Virus record (IMG/VR): IMGVR_UViG_3300005096_000103 | Coordinates: 32,001-96,000 of that record | Length of the DNA: 64,000 nt | DNA from: a virus | Reading direction: 5' to 3' (one strand) | In this document: one piece after another, positions 29,148 to 39,100 of the stretch | Layout: each line of letters starts with the position of its first letter | Numbering within the stretch: the stretch's first letter is position 1 | Program-made: the position numbers and the translations under genes | The notes under the pieces: model-generated | Seen by the model: the letters and a program-made list of their open reading frames with translations, nothing else | Database searches by the model: none | Told to the model about the DNA's origin: nothing

Positions 29148-30440
29148 ATGAGCAACGAAGAAACCCAAAGCTGCTTCTGGGAAACTCAATTTGGTCTGCC
29201 CGCGCCTATGAGCATGTCACAGATATCCAAAGTACTAGATCTTACACTTAACGCGGGTGAAGGTCTTATCCCCTACCTTGTGAGTGAAACCAGCCAAGGG
29301 AAAACGACGCTAGTCAAACAGTGGGCTAGCGACAATGGCTACGTGATTCATACATACAACATGGTCTCCGCTGAGGCATCCGATCTCCAGGGAATTCCGT
29401 TCCCGTCGAAAGACCGGAAGACATTTAACTACCTGACACAAGGCGCAATACCTATCAACGATGATAAGCGTAAAGTCCTGCTATTCCTCGACGAGGTCAA
29501 CAGGGCTCCAAACGAGAACAAGAACATCGTGTTCCAGATCCTGAACAGACATCTAGGAGAGAACACTCTAGGAGTGAACGTCAAGATGGTTCTAGCCGGC
29601 AATCCGTCAGGACGCTACAATGTGAACAATATCACAGATGAGCCTGCGTTTCTACGTCGGTGCGTTATCCTCCCCTGTGCACTTAACTTGTACGAGGCCT
29701 TGGAGTACATGAAGGAGCACGAATGGCATCCTACAGTTATTGAGTACGTCAGCTCCAACACTGATCAACTACAAGCAGAGTTTGGTAAGGTTAAGACCGG
29801 TCACTGCTTCAATACTGCAGCGGGCTGGAACAGTATATCTGACCTGCTCTACAGGGCCGAGGATTCTGGAGTAGGAGACACTGCGAAAGGTAAGACCGTC
29901 GACACTGCGAAGACCGTCGACCTCGCAAACCTGAGCTTGAACGATGATCGTATACTATTCTCGATCATCTCAGGTATCATTGGGCGTGTAGCAGCTCAGG
30001 CATTCTGGGTATTTGTGACACGACCTAGCGAAGCATTGACAGCTAAGGACCTGTACGAGGGCATCGGAGTTGTAGGTAACGATACCGGAGACAAGTTCGC
30101 TAAGATCGTAGAAGAGAAGAAAGGGGCTACAGTAACAAACCTCCTCAAGGCTCTCGCCCTATATGTCCTCACTGGGGTGACCTGCAGCATGGAAGACTCT
30201 GTAAAGTTCCATATTCGACTGTTCTTGGTGCTAACAGAGACACACTGGAGGACGTACATCGAGCATCTCAAGCACACCCTCTACATCTCAGGCAATACAA
30301 TCACCGTCAATGGATCCTCATTCAACACGTGGCTGTATAATCTTGAGAGTCAGATCCAGGAAGATCCAGAAGTACACAAGCTGTCAATCAGGCGGCTAAG
30401 AGTGTCGATGAAGCTTACTCTTGAGGAGGGGAAGGCCTAG
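29148..30440 (+). CDS. MoxR-like AAA+ ATPase
   Basis: SETSQGKTT Walker A variant, DLQGIP, LFLDEVNRA, AGNP, AFLRR. Confidence 0.85.
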   Translation: MSNEETQSCFWETQFGLPAPMSMSQISKVLDLTLNAGEGLIPYLVSETSQGKTTLVKQWASDNGYVIHTYNMVSAEASDLQGIPFPSKDRKTFNYLTQGAIPINDDKRKVLLFLDEVNRAPNENKNIVFQILNRHLGENTLGVNVKMVLAGNPSGRYNVNNITDEPAFLRRCVILPCALNLYEALEYMKEHEWHPTVIEYVSSNTDQLQAEFGKVKTGHCFNTAAGWNSISDLLYRAEDSGVGDTAKGKTVDTAKTVDLANLSLNDDRILFSIISGIIGRVAAQAFWVFVTRPSEALTAKDLYEGIGVVGNDTGDKFAKIVEEKKGATVTNLLKALALYVLTGVTCSMEDSVKFHIRLFLVLTETHWRTYIEHLKHTLYISGNTITVNGSSFNTWLYNLESQIQEDPEVHKLSIRRLRVSMKLTLEEGKA

Positions 30441-30477
30441 TCAAGCGAAATCTAGTCAAGCGAAATCTAGTCAAGCG
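30437..30477. repeat. 15-bp tandem repeat at a convergent gene junction
   Basis: CTAGTCAAGCGAAAT twice plus CTAGTCAAGCG; the first copy holds the + gene stop and the third holds the - gene stop. Confidence 0.9.
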
Positions 30478-31255
30478 CCAGCGCTACTAGCTTCTCAAGC
30501 CGTGTGACGTCTGCTGCGGATTTCTTAGCAGCGTATACCCTTGACGCGGATAGGCGTGCTAGCTGTACACCTATCCGCGTCTCAGGATATTCCATATCTT
30601 CTAGGGTCTTGATATCCGTTGGCAGAACGCTAATCCTCGCGTCCACAGTCTCTGCTAGTTCCCTACCTTCTAAGGGTAGCATATTACTTAGCGTCTTTGA
30701 GGCCCAACAGTGCTCGGGTAGAACACTAACACACCCGTGCATATAATGCATTAGTGCTACGTAATCTATAACCTCAGAGCCTAGTACATCTACTAGACAC
30801 GAACTCCCTTTATCCGCGAACTGCTTACACATTGGCAGATTATCTAGGTATCCACCCGCCTCTGTGTTCTTTAGCAGACTGAGCATCGTGTTCAGGCCGT
30901 AAAGTATCTGAGCAGGCAGTGCTTCTTCTAGGAGTTCAGGGTTGTTCTCCTGCCCATCGAAAGCTAGCACTGTCTTCTCAAATACTATCGCGTCCCAAAA
31001 CGCTGTCTGGCCGTTCATAAGCGCGATAATAGCGTTCATTTTATCTAAATTGCTCGCGGCGTAACTTATCTCGTAGTCCGAGAATATCTTACGACGCGTC
31101 TCCCCTAGTAGATCTGAGGCATTACCTCCTAAGATGAAACTAGTTGCGTGCCAGACTTCCTCAGCACTAGACATAGCGTCTCTGAGAATCTTCTTCGAAA
31201 GCTTAGTCACTCTAGCACTAGGCTTCTCGTATTTCTTAGTAAGGTCGTAGAGCAT
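30467..31255 (-). CDS. Hypothetical protein
   Basis: 262-aa ORF with AGGAG upstream. Confidence 0.7.
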   Translation of the reverse strand: MLYDLTKKYEKPSARVTKLSKKILRDAMSSAEEVWHATSFILGGNASDLLGETRRKIFSDYEISYAASNLDKMNAIIALMNGQTAFWDAIVFEKTVLAFDGQENNPELLEEALPAQILYGLNTMLSLLKNTEAGGYLDNLPMCKQFADKGSSCLVDVLGSEVIDYVALMHYMHGCVSVLPEHCWASKTLSNMLPLEGRELAETVDARISVLPTDIKTLEDMEYPETRIGVQLARLSASRVYAAKKSAADVTRLEKLVALALD

Positions 31256-31263
31256 CTAGGCTC

Positions 31264-32340
31264 CTAAGCGTAAGCTTTAAGCTGTGTGGCCAATGCTTTC
31301 TTCTGAGGGAGTGGGAGTGTAGGTAAGACCTCTTTCAGTTTCTGAGGGTCAACCTCACCACTACTATCCGTGATATGCTCGACAAAAGATCCTCCCAGGA
31401 TGTCCTCGTAGAACCCTTTATCTAATGCATAGAGTTTTCTCCAAGGAATCAATAATCCTGCAACGTCTGCTGATTCTTCAGAAAGCTTATCAGAATTGAA
31501 TACCGCAAGTTGAGGAGATAGTATACCTTCGTATTCGCTAAGTGAGTGCGTCTCATCTGCAAGACCAATAGTCTCAACGATACTAGATAGCTTAGGTCTG
31601 CTACTAAAGTAGCCTGTAGTAGTCATGCTATTCTTAACTGCATTCGCCAGCTTCTCATATGTCCCCTCTCCCTCCTTATCTCCTTGGAGGTAGCAGGCCC
31701 CAATTCTAGCTTCAAGATGACCTACAAGGGTTTCAACATGGCACCGGGTAACCCCCGCGTGCTTATACACGTCTGTAGGGAGGTCATCAGTACTCATCTG
31801 GTATTCAGCAGCCCTCTTCACGATATTAACAGCCGCGAGTTTAACAGTAGCAGGGAACAATCTCGACTGGTTTTCCAATAGAACGTGCGCTGACTGTTTA
31901 ACAAGGTCAGGAGTGTCAATCCTAAGCCGCTGCATGTCGGGGATTGCGTAGAGGTATTCGTCAGAATTCTCTGCTGCAGACGCGACCTTAACTGCGTCTG
32001 CAAAGTCACGCATATTTCTACGGACTTCGACAGCTAGTTTATGTGCGTCGTATCCATAAGTAGACACGTTATCACATATAGTCCGCAGAACCTCTTTAGG
32101 GAGTTCACTCGCTTGTTTGACCGCGTACATCCACGACATGACCGCGTCGTCACAGGTGTGCACGGGGAACAGCTGCTTATCTGGCCAAGCGTATACAGGC
32201 TTAGCTCGTGACAATTTAGTTAAGGGATTCTTAGGATCAAATTGTCTAGCAAGATCAGCCCTAAAAGCCTGTGCGTTATCAGCTCCTGCTATCTCTGCCA
32301 GAGTGGCTAGATCCGGGTCACTAACGTGGTCATAGAACAT
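31264..32340 (-). CDS. Hypothetical protein rich in K-x-A motifs, with two internal A-x-P...P/R-x-(H/D)-T repeats
   Basis: 358 aa; AWPDKQLFPVHT and AIPDMQRLRIDT; contains KQAS, KLAV, KVAS, KLAA, KRAA, KHAG and KLAN. Confidence 0.7.
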   Translation of the reverse strand: MFYDHVSDPDLATLAEIAGADNAQAFRADLARQFDPKNPLTKLSRAKPVYAWPDKQLFPVHTCDDAVMSWMYAVKQASELPKEVLRTICDNVSTYGYDAHKLAVEVRRNMRDFADAVKVASAAENSDEYLYAIPDMQRLRIDTPDLVKQSAHVLLENQSRLFPATVKLAAVNIVKRAAEYQMSTDDLPTDVYKHAGVTRCHVETLVGHLEARIGACYLQGDKEGEGTYEKLANAVKNSMTTTGYFSSRPKLSSIVETIGLADETHSLSEYEGILSPQLAVFNSDKLSEESADVAGLLIPWRKLYALDKGFYEDILGGSFVEHITDSSGEVDPQKLKEVLPTLPLPQKKALATQLKAYA

Positions 32341-32416
32341 TCTCTGTCTCCGGGATTAGGTACTCAAGTATCTAAAAGACACAACAATGTAGAGTTTAAC
32401 ATATGAGAGGTACTAG

Positions 32417-34060
32417 GTGAATATATCAACTGAGGAAAAACTACATAGACTCTGGGGTACGATGGCGGATGCCCATCTGATCTACTCCGCGAATACCAAC
32501 TCTGCCCTACAGGTAGAGGTTGGACTCGCTTATGGTATCCTACGGCAGTGTACCCATGTTTACCGTAGAGGCTATCCTGCACCAATGTCAGTGGGTTTCC
32601 ACAATACCGGATACACGCTCACAGTGAACCTCGACTTTGTAGACGCAGTGACTGACTATAAGGACTTCTGGACTGTAGCAGTACACGAAGCACTCCACAT
32701 CCTGAAAGGCGATCTTAGCCGTATGGTGAAACTACGCAGGACCTTTAGTAAAGATGTCGAGGCCTATAATGCACTGAGTATGATCTCCGCTGACCTGGAT
32801 GTCAACTCAGTCTTGATAGGTATCCTCCCCACAAAGTTTCCTTCTAAATCGCTCGTCGTAAGTGTGGGCGGTGAGCCTGTCGTACCTGACGCTTACAGCG
32901 TACATCCTAACCTCGCATACGAGAAGTACTTTCACCAACTGGCTAGCGAGCTTACGGAGGAAGATATACGGAATCTAACCCGTAACTATAGAATGATGAC
33001 GGGATCAGCTAGCGGTGGAGGCGGTCCAGATGGTGAGACTGAGGATGGGGGAGAGGAGGGTACGAGTCCAAAGGGAGAGGGTACGAGTCCAGGTCCTGGA
33101 GAGGAAGGGGGTGGACAGGCTGTAGGATCTGGTAGTGATGATAAGAGATCAAAGAGCTATAATAAAGCCGATAAAATCTGGCATCAGTCTGCTAAAGATT
33201 TTGAAGACCTCCCACCTAAAGACAAGGATGTCATAGCTGATATACTAGATCAGAAGAGAAACGAGGTAGTGATAAACGCGATAGAGTCGACAAAAGGATC
33301 TCGTCAACGAGGGACTATGCCCTCACACTACAAAGTGTTCCTCGATTATATTAATAGTGACACTGGTACAAAATGGGACGAGCTACTCGCTAGGATAGTT
33401 ACAGGTACTCTAACTGCAACATCAAAGAAGGTATACTCTCGCCCAAAGCGTTCCCGCTACTTCTATACGTTTGACGATGACAACACCTCGACACATGACG
33501 ACGTGATACAGGAGATACATACGCGCTTCCCGGGGGTGAAGGCGAATAAAGACTTCTCTATACTCGTTGCTGTAGACACCTCTGGGTCTATGGATACAAA
33601 ATCGCTACGTGCAGCGTTAAACGCGGTAGGGAGTATCCGTAAATCCGTGAGTACCGACATCACAATAATACAGTGTGATACTAGCATCTCAGATGTGTAC
33701 AAGCTTACGAATGACGATACAGTCGAAAAGTACATAAAGAAAGTTAGCTTAACATCCAGAGGCGGTACAGACTTTCTTAGCCCAATTCAGATGGCTAAGC
33801 ATACTTTCACAAAGCGTACCGAAGACCTACCTAAGATGTCTGAGGAGAATAAGCGTAAGGCTATCGAGATCGTAAAAGCTGACATACTGATCTATATCAC
33901 AGATGGTTACGCCCCACTGCCTGCCCGTAGCGATAGCCCTCCTTGCCAGGTTCTCTGGCTACTTACCAAACTAGGCAAGAGCCCTGAGTTAATGGAGGAG
34001 CAGATAAACTTTGGACTCGTGATGGCTATGGGCGTTAACGGCCGCGTTGGGGGAACGTAG
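32417..34060 (+). CDS. HExxH metallopeptidase-like plus VWA domain protein (DUF2201-like, MoxR partner)
   Basis: HEALH; Gly/Glu-rich linker; MIDAS motif VDTSGS; RGGTDF; YITDG. Confidence 0.88.
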   Translation: MNISTEEKLHRLWGTMADAHLIYSANTNSALQVEVGLAYGILRQCTHVYRRGYPAPMSVGFHNTGYTLTVNLDFVDAVTDYKDFWTVAVHEALHILKGDLSRMVKLRRTFSKDVEAYNALSMISADLDVNSVLIGILPTKFPSKSLVVSVGGEPVVPDAYSVHPNLAYEKYFHQLASELTEEDIRNLTRNYRMMTGSASGGGGPDGETEDGGEEGTSPKGEGTSPGPGEEGGGQAVGSGSDDKRSKSYNKADKIWHQSAKDFEDLPPKDKDVIADILDQKRNEVVINAIESTKGSRQRGTMPSHYKVFLDYINSDTGTKWDELLARIVTGTLTATSKKVYSRPKRSRYFYTFDDDNTSTHDDVIQEIHTRFPGVKANKDFSILVAVDTSGSMDTKSLRAALNAVGSIRKSVSTDITIIQCDTSISDVYKLTNDDTVEKYIKKVSLTSRGGTDFLSPIQMAKHTFTKRTEDLPKMSEENKRKAIEIVKADILIYITDGYAPLPARSDSPPCQVLWLLTKLGKSPELMEEQINFGLVMAMGVNGRVGGT

Positions 34061-34106
34061 TATGCCTAAGCCGGGGAACGTAGTATGCCTAGGCTGGGGG
34101 AACGTA
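34050..34106. repeat. 23-24-bp tandem repeat at a convergent gene junction
   Basis: GGGGAACGTAGTATGCCTAAGCC, GGGGAACGTAGTATGCCTAGGCTG, GGGGAACGTA. Confidence 0.9.
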
Positions 34107-35147
34107 ATCAGGGCAGAGCGATACAACTGCAGCTAGAGCAGCGTCTCTAAGTACAATCTGACCCGCCAAAGTCTGGTTGGCTGCACCTAATGACTCTTGG
34201 CAGTCAGACAGAGAGGTCACTGCGTTAGGAACGAGAGTACCAGTGAGCAAGTCTAGGCGTGTAGTAATCGTTAGTAACTGCGCGTCTAGGCGCCTAGACT
34301 TGTCTCGTAGCCCAGTCGTTGAGGCTTTGGCAGCCTGCTCCTTTATCGCAAAGTCTCTCAGTAACCCAGGGACTGTTCCTTCGTCTGCCTCCCCTGCAGC
34401 GGTAGGGTCAGGATCCCACATATACCCTAAGGTCGATGAAGCTGTAGACTTTATCTCACCAGCAATCTTATCACTTGTCACAGCTACAGTAGCCGCGTTA
34501 ACACTATCCGCGAATAGTTCTCCTGAACTGAAAAGGTCAGACCAAGTGCTAAGGCTCGCGGTTAACATCCCTGACAGGCCTGCTAGGGTATCAGACGTTA
34601 ACTGCAACGAGTCTCTTTCACTTGTCAAGTTATTGAGTACTACGGCTAGAGCGTCGCACTCCTTAACTTTAGCTGCGATGATAGCTTCTTGCGAAGTTAC
34701 AGTGTCTGCAGAAGTTAGATACTCTGCCTTAGACGCTTCGATTATAGAGTCAGCAAACAAGGGGAAAGCTGTGAGTTCAGTTCCCGTGAATCCAGATAAG
34801 TATAATGCATACTGCTCAACTAGAGAGTTGACGTAATCTTTGACTAGTTCTTTTGCAGTATTTGCTACACGTACGTTCGAGTATTCTTTAGTAAATGTTG
34901 CACTCCTGTAGAACCCAGAACCTTTAACAGTTGCTAATACTCTATCTCGCTCGATATCTACGTAGTCTGACACAGTAGAGACGCGGGAGTAAACATCTAA
35001 GGAGGGGTAAGCTTTGTTCACAATCTGGTAAACGAACACTCCGTCATCAGGTAAATCCCCTCTGTCCTGCACAGACGCAGTAATACGGTATAGCGCCTGA
35101 GCGTCTACACTGTAAACGTAGGGTGTGAAAAGCACATCTGTCGGCAT
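34089..35147 (-). CDS. Hypothetical, probably structural; N-terminal domain plus coiled coil
   Basis: 352 aa; its N-terminal ~120 aa align by eye with the neighbouring 35164-35526 protein. Confidence 0.7.
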   Translation of the reverse strand: MPTDVLFTPYVYSVDAQALYRITASVQDRGDLPDDGVFVYQIVNKAYPSLDVYSRVSTVSDYVDIERDRVLATVKGSGFYRSATFTKEYSNVRVANTAKELVKDYVNSLVEQYALYLSGFTGTELTAFPLFADSIIEASKAEYLTSADTVTSQEAIIAAKVKECDALAVVLNNLTSERDSLQLTSDTLAGLSGMLTASLSTWSDLFSSGELFADSVNAATVAVTSDKIAGEIKSTASSTLGYMWDPDPTAAGEADEGTVPGLLRDFAIKEQAAKASTTGLRDKSRRLDAQLLTITTRLDLLTGTLVPNAVTSLSDCQESLGAANQTLAGQIVLRDAALAAVVSLCPDYVPPA

Positions 35148-35163
35148 ACTAGACTCCAGAAGA

Positions 35164-35526
35164 TTAAGGGTACGTGTATAGTCTAGTCCCGTTGAAACTA
35201 TCTAGGACAGCTTGGTAATCCACGACCAACTTTGCGACTGCAGCTTCAACGAGTGCAATAGCTTGATTAGCTAGGTCTATAGATATATACTTAGCAGAGA
35301 TCGTGTTGACCCTATAGTGGGTAGCCGTATTGATACTCCGAGTCGTAGGGAACGTGAAATCAGCGACATTCACAATTCGAACGAATTTCTCCTTTGAAGC
35401 TAGCTTAAGAAATACCTGAGAGTCTATCTCGACATTCGCGGTTACCAACCAAGTCACCTGGTATTCTACGACACCGTCTACGAGAACAGGCAACTTAGTT
35501 TCACTTACTGTAAGGCTGACTGCCAT
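35164..35526 (-). CDS. Hypothetical protein, paralogous to the N-terminus of the 34089-35147 protein
   Basis: ATG at 35526 with AGGAAG upstream; shares the F/Y-x-R..V.D...YR...Y...AN.A...V...LV..Y pattern. Confidence 0.65.
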   Translation of the reverse strand: MAVSLTVSETKLPVLVDGVVEYQVTWLVTANVEIDSQVFLKLASKEKFVRIVNVADFTFPTTRSINTATHYRVNTISAKYISIDLANQAIALVEAAVAKLVVDYQAVLDSFNGTRLYTYP

Positions 35527-36114
35527 ATGCACTTCCTAGGAATAGACTCGTCAATCAACGGGACGGGCCTACATATAATAGACGTAAAGGGCAAGAGCGT
35601 CTACTTCAAATGCGTCCTAATCAAGTCTTCAAACCCTCTAAGGAAAAAAGGCTTCGGAGGTCAGAGGCTAAAGCTCATCTACGATAACGCCACAGCTACT
35701 ATTACTGATTACCTACCTGAATTCGCAGTCCTAGAGCAAGGTGCTTTCAGCGCAAATAGCCAGCACCATAAACTCGGTAAAGCTATGGGTGTATGTGAGC
35801 TAGCACTAGCTATAGAGTCAGTACCCTACGCTTACGTTGAGCCCTCTAGGCTTAAGAAAATGATCACAGGAAAAGGCCGCGCAGACAAGAAAGAACTCCT
35901 AGAGTATATGTACACGTTCTCCGGGATAGTCCGTGGAACTAAGGGTGTGACTCTAGATGTAAGTGACGCATACGCGCTAGCTCGCGTCGCAAGATTTGTG
36001 TACCTACATCACAACAATCCTACCCTACTCTACTCAAGACTCCCTAAAGGTAAGCGGGGACCTACAGCCTACCAACAAGGTGTCTTAGACACTATTGTCC
36101 TCAACAACCCATAA
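35527..36114 (+). CDS. ruvC: RuvC-like Holliday junction resolvase
   Basis: FLGIDSS, VLEQ, KKMITGKGRADK, DVSDAYALA. Confidence 0.9.
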   Translation: MHFLGIDSSINGTGLHIIDVKGKSVYFKCVLIKSSNPLRKKGFGGQRLKLIYDNATATITDYLPEFAVLEQGAFSANSQHHKLGKAMGVCELALAIESVPYAYVEPSRLKKMITGKGRADKKELLEYMYTFSGIVRGTKGVTLDVSDAYALARVARFVYLHHNNPTLLYSRLPKGKRGPTAYQQGVLDTIVLNNP

Positions 36115-36130
36115 CCTAAGGATTCTATAA

Positions 36131-39100
36131 ATGATATCAAGACCTCTAGAGTATTTGCCTAGATTCGTTGATGAAGACCCTAAGAAATCAAAAAACTTTG
36201 ACTCAGAGCTCTTAGACGTAGATGGTAACACCCTCTTTAAGCAGGAGGGAATCATAGCTCCAGCTAATTGGAGTCAGCTCTCTGTAGACATTTTTGCACA
36301 AAAGTATTTTAGGCGCTCAGGTGTACCTCTAGAGACAACCGTAGTCACTAGCGAAGGATTACCGGTCTGGATATCTCGTAGGGTAGCAGCCCAGTATACT
36401 GCTTTTGGAGGTGAGAGTAGCGTATACAAGGTGGTCCGCCGGCTAGCAGGTGGTTGGGTAAATTATATCTACAAGCAGGCTTTACTGGCAGATACCAAGC
36501 TAAACAACCATCATGTGAATCTTGATAACCCTTATAAGCTACAGGAAGCCTTAACTATTCTAGATGAGTCTATGGAAAGCCTGTTCTGGGATATACAGAA
36601 CTCTATGCTACAGCAATGCTGGGCACCGAATTCTCCCCAGTGGTTTAATACAGGGCTCTACTGGGCGTACGGTATCACAGGTGAAGCTAGTGGACACTGG
36701 CATGAGGCACCTAAAGGTTCTAAAAGCGTAGTAGTCGAGAGTGTTGACAGCTACTCACGACCGCAGTGTCACGCATGTTTTATCCAGGAGGTCGAGGATA
36801 CTCTGCTCGGAGATCACGGGATCATGGACCTAGTTGTTAGAGAGGCACGTCTCTTTAAGCTAGGGAGTGGTAGTGGCGCAAACTACTCTAATATCCGAGA
36901 GAAGGGCGCGCCACTATCCGGCGGTGGAGTGTCTTCAGGGCTATCGTCGTTCCTTGAGATCCCTGACGTAGCTGCAGGTGCGATTAAATCCGGAGGGACT
37001 ACCCGACGTGCGGCTCGTATGGTCTCACTCGACTTAAATCACCCCGAGTCTCAACAATTCATCTCCTGGAAAGCTACTGAAGAAGATAAGGCGATGTGCC
37101 TCGCACTAGGATCTAAAGTCTACAGAGAATCCATACGCGCAGTCTACCGAGAGCATACGGATCTCGGGTTCTTAACAGCTAGAGAAAAACAAGTTCTAGC
37201 AGATATAGATCCTAAGGTCCTACATCGTGCTACCCAGGCGCTGAAAACAGGTATCCCACTGAGCAGCTTACTACCTCCTGCTATAGACCTTGGATGGGAA
37301 GGTACAGCGTACAAAACCATCTCAGGTCAAAATGCGAATAACTCGATCCGTATCACCGACGAGTTCATGGATACTCTTCTGGCAGACACTGAGAATCCTG
37401 CAGACTTTAAGTTCACCTCCAGAGTCGGAGGTCGGGAGGCTGTAGAGACAAAATCGCATAAAGCTATCTGGGACGACTTGGTAAAGTCGGCATGGCTTTG
37501 TGGAGACCCTGGTATCCAATTCCACGATACAACAAACCGTGCGAACACTTGTCTGCATAGCGGTACTATTCGCGCCAGCAATCCTTGTAGCGAGTACCTA
37601 TGGTTCGCCGACACCGCATGCAACCTAGCTAGTATAAACCTGATGAAATGCCTAGAGAAGGACCATACAGGAGTCTACTGTTTCTTTACGGAGAAACTAC
37701 AAAATCTTGTAAGGATGATTGTACGCGTCCTAGACGCTACAGTTTCATACGCTCAGTACCCCTATGAGAGTATGGCGTCCGAAAGTCTTAAGTATCGTAC
37801 GATAGGTATTGGAGTATCTAATCTCGGAGCACTCCTCATAACGCTCGGTATACCCTATGGGTCTAAGGAGGGTCGTGATCTAGCAGCAGCAATCATGTCT
37901 ATAATCCAGGGTACCGCGTGCCTTGAAAGTATGAGTCTCGCTGCGGAACTAGGTAGCTTCCCTGCATTCGAGTTTAATAAGGATGCGTACCTAGAAGTAC
38001 TTGAGCAAACCTACACAGACACGTTTAACCTAGTTGTTAATACGTCTATATTTCCAGGGTACTCATCACGGGACATCTACCTTAAAGCTAGAGAAGTGTG
38101 GACCGACGTACACACTGCAATGCATCGAGACGACTTTGCTATGCGCAACGCACAGCTAACAGCTATTGCGCCCACGGGGACTATATCTCTGATCATGGGT
38201 TGCTCGACAAGTTCTATCGAGCCTGGCTACAGCTTAGTCACAAGTAAGAAACTGGCAGGAGGCGGCGAGATCATAACAGAAGCTTCAGACGAAGTTAAAA
38301 ACTATATCTCTGACATTATGCTAGATACCCAAACGGCTGATGACATTATTGAGCAGATCAACGACGGTGTGCCTATCTGTGACGTCGTTGGGTTAGAAGG
38401 TCATAACTACGCCAACGACGTCTTAGCTTGCGCTCTAGACATAACACCAACTAACCATATCCTAATGTGCGCTGCAATTCAGCCATTCGTTAGTGGAGGT
38501 ATCTCAAAGACTATCAACATGCCAAGCAACGCTACGCTACGGCAGGTTGGGGAAGCATTCAAATTAGCGTATCGCGAGGGTCTTAAGAGTATTACAGTGT
38601 ATCGTGATGGTTCTAAGTTCTCTCAGCCCCTAACGTCGTTAGTTGAGACTGTAGTGCCTGCTACAAAGGGTGTTCCAGTTGTTACATCAGGAGTACCTGT
38701 TACAGAAGCTAGGCTCTCAGCGTTGTCTACATCAAAGGAGCCTGCACCTAAGATGCCTCTACCCGCAGTTCGAGTAAGGCTCCCAAATGTCAGAGAAGGT
38801 GTAACGCACAAAATTACAACAGGAGGTATGACATTCTATCTCAGGACAGGAGTCTATGAGGATGGCTCACTGGGGGAGATTTTCCTCTCTACTGCAAAGT
38901 CTGGGTCTACATTCCGCGGAATTCTAGATGCCTTTGCTTGGTCTATCAGCGTTGGACTCCAGTACGGTATACCGCTGTCAGTTTACGCTGCGTCTTTCAC
39001 TGGTACGCTATTTGAACCTAATGGTTTTATTGCAGATCACCCCGACGTTAAGATGTGTGGCTCAATACTCGACGCGATATTCAAGATACTGGTGAAGCAT

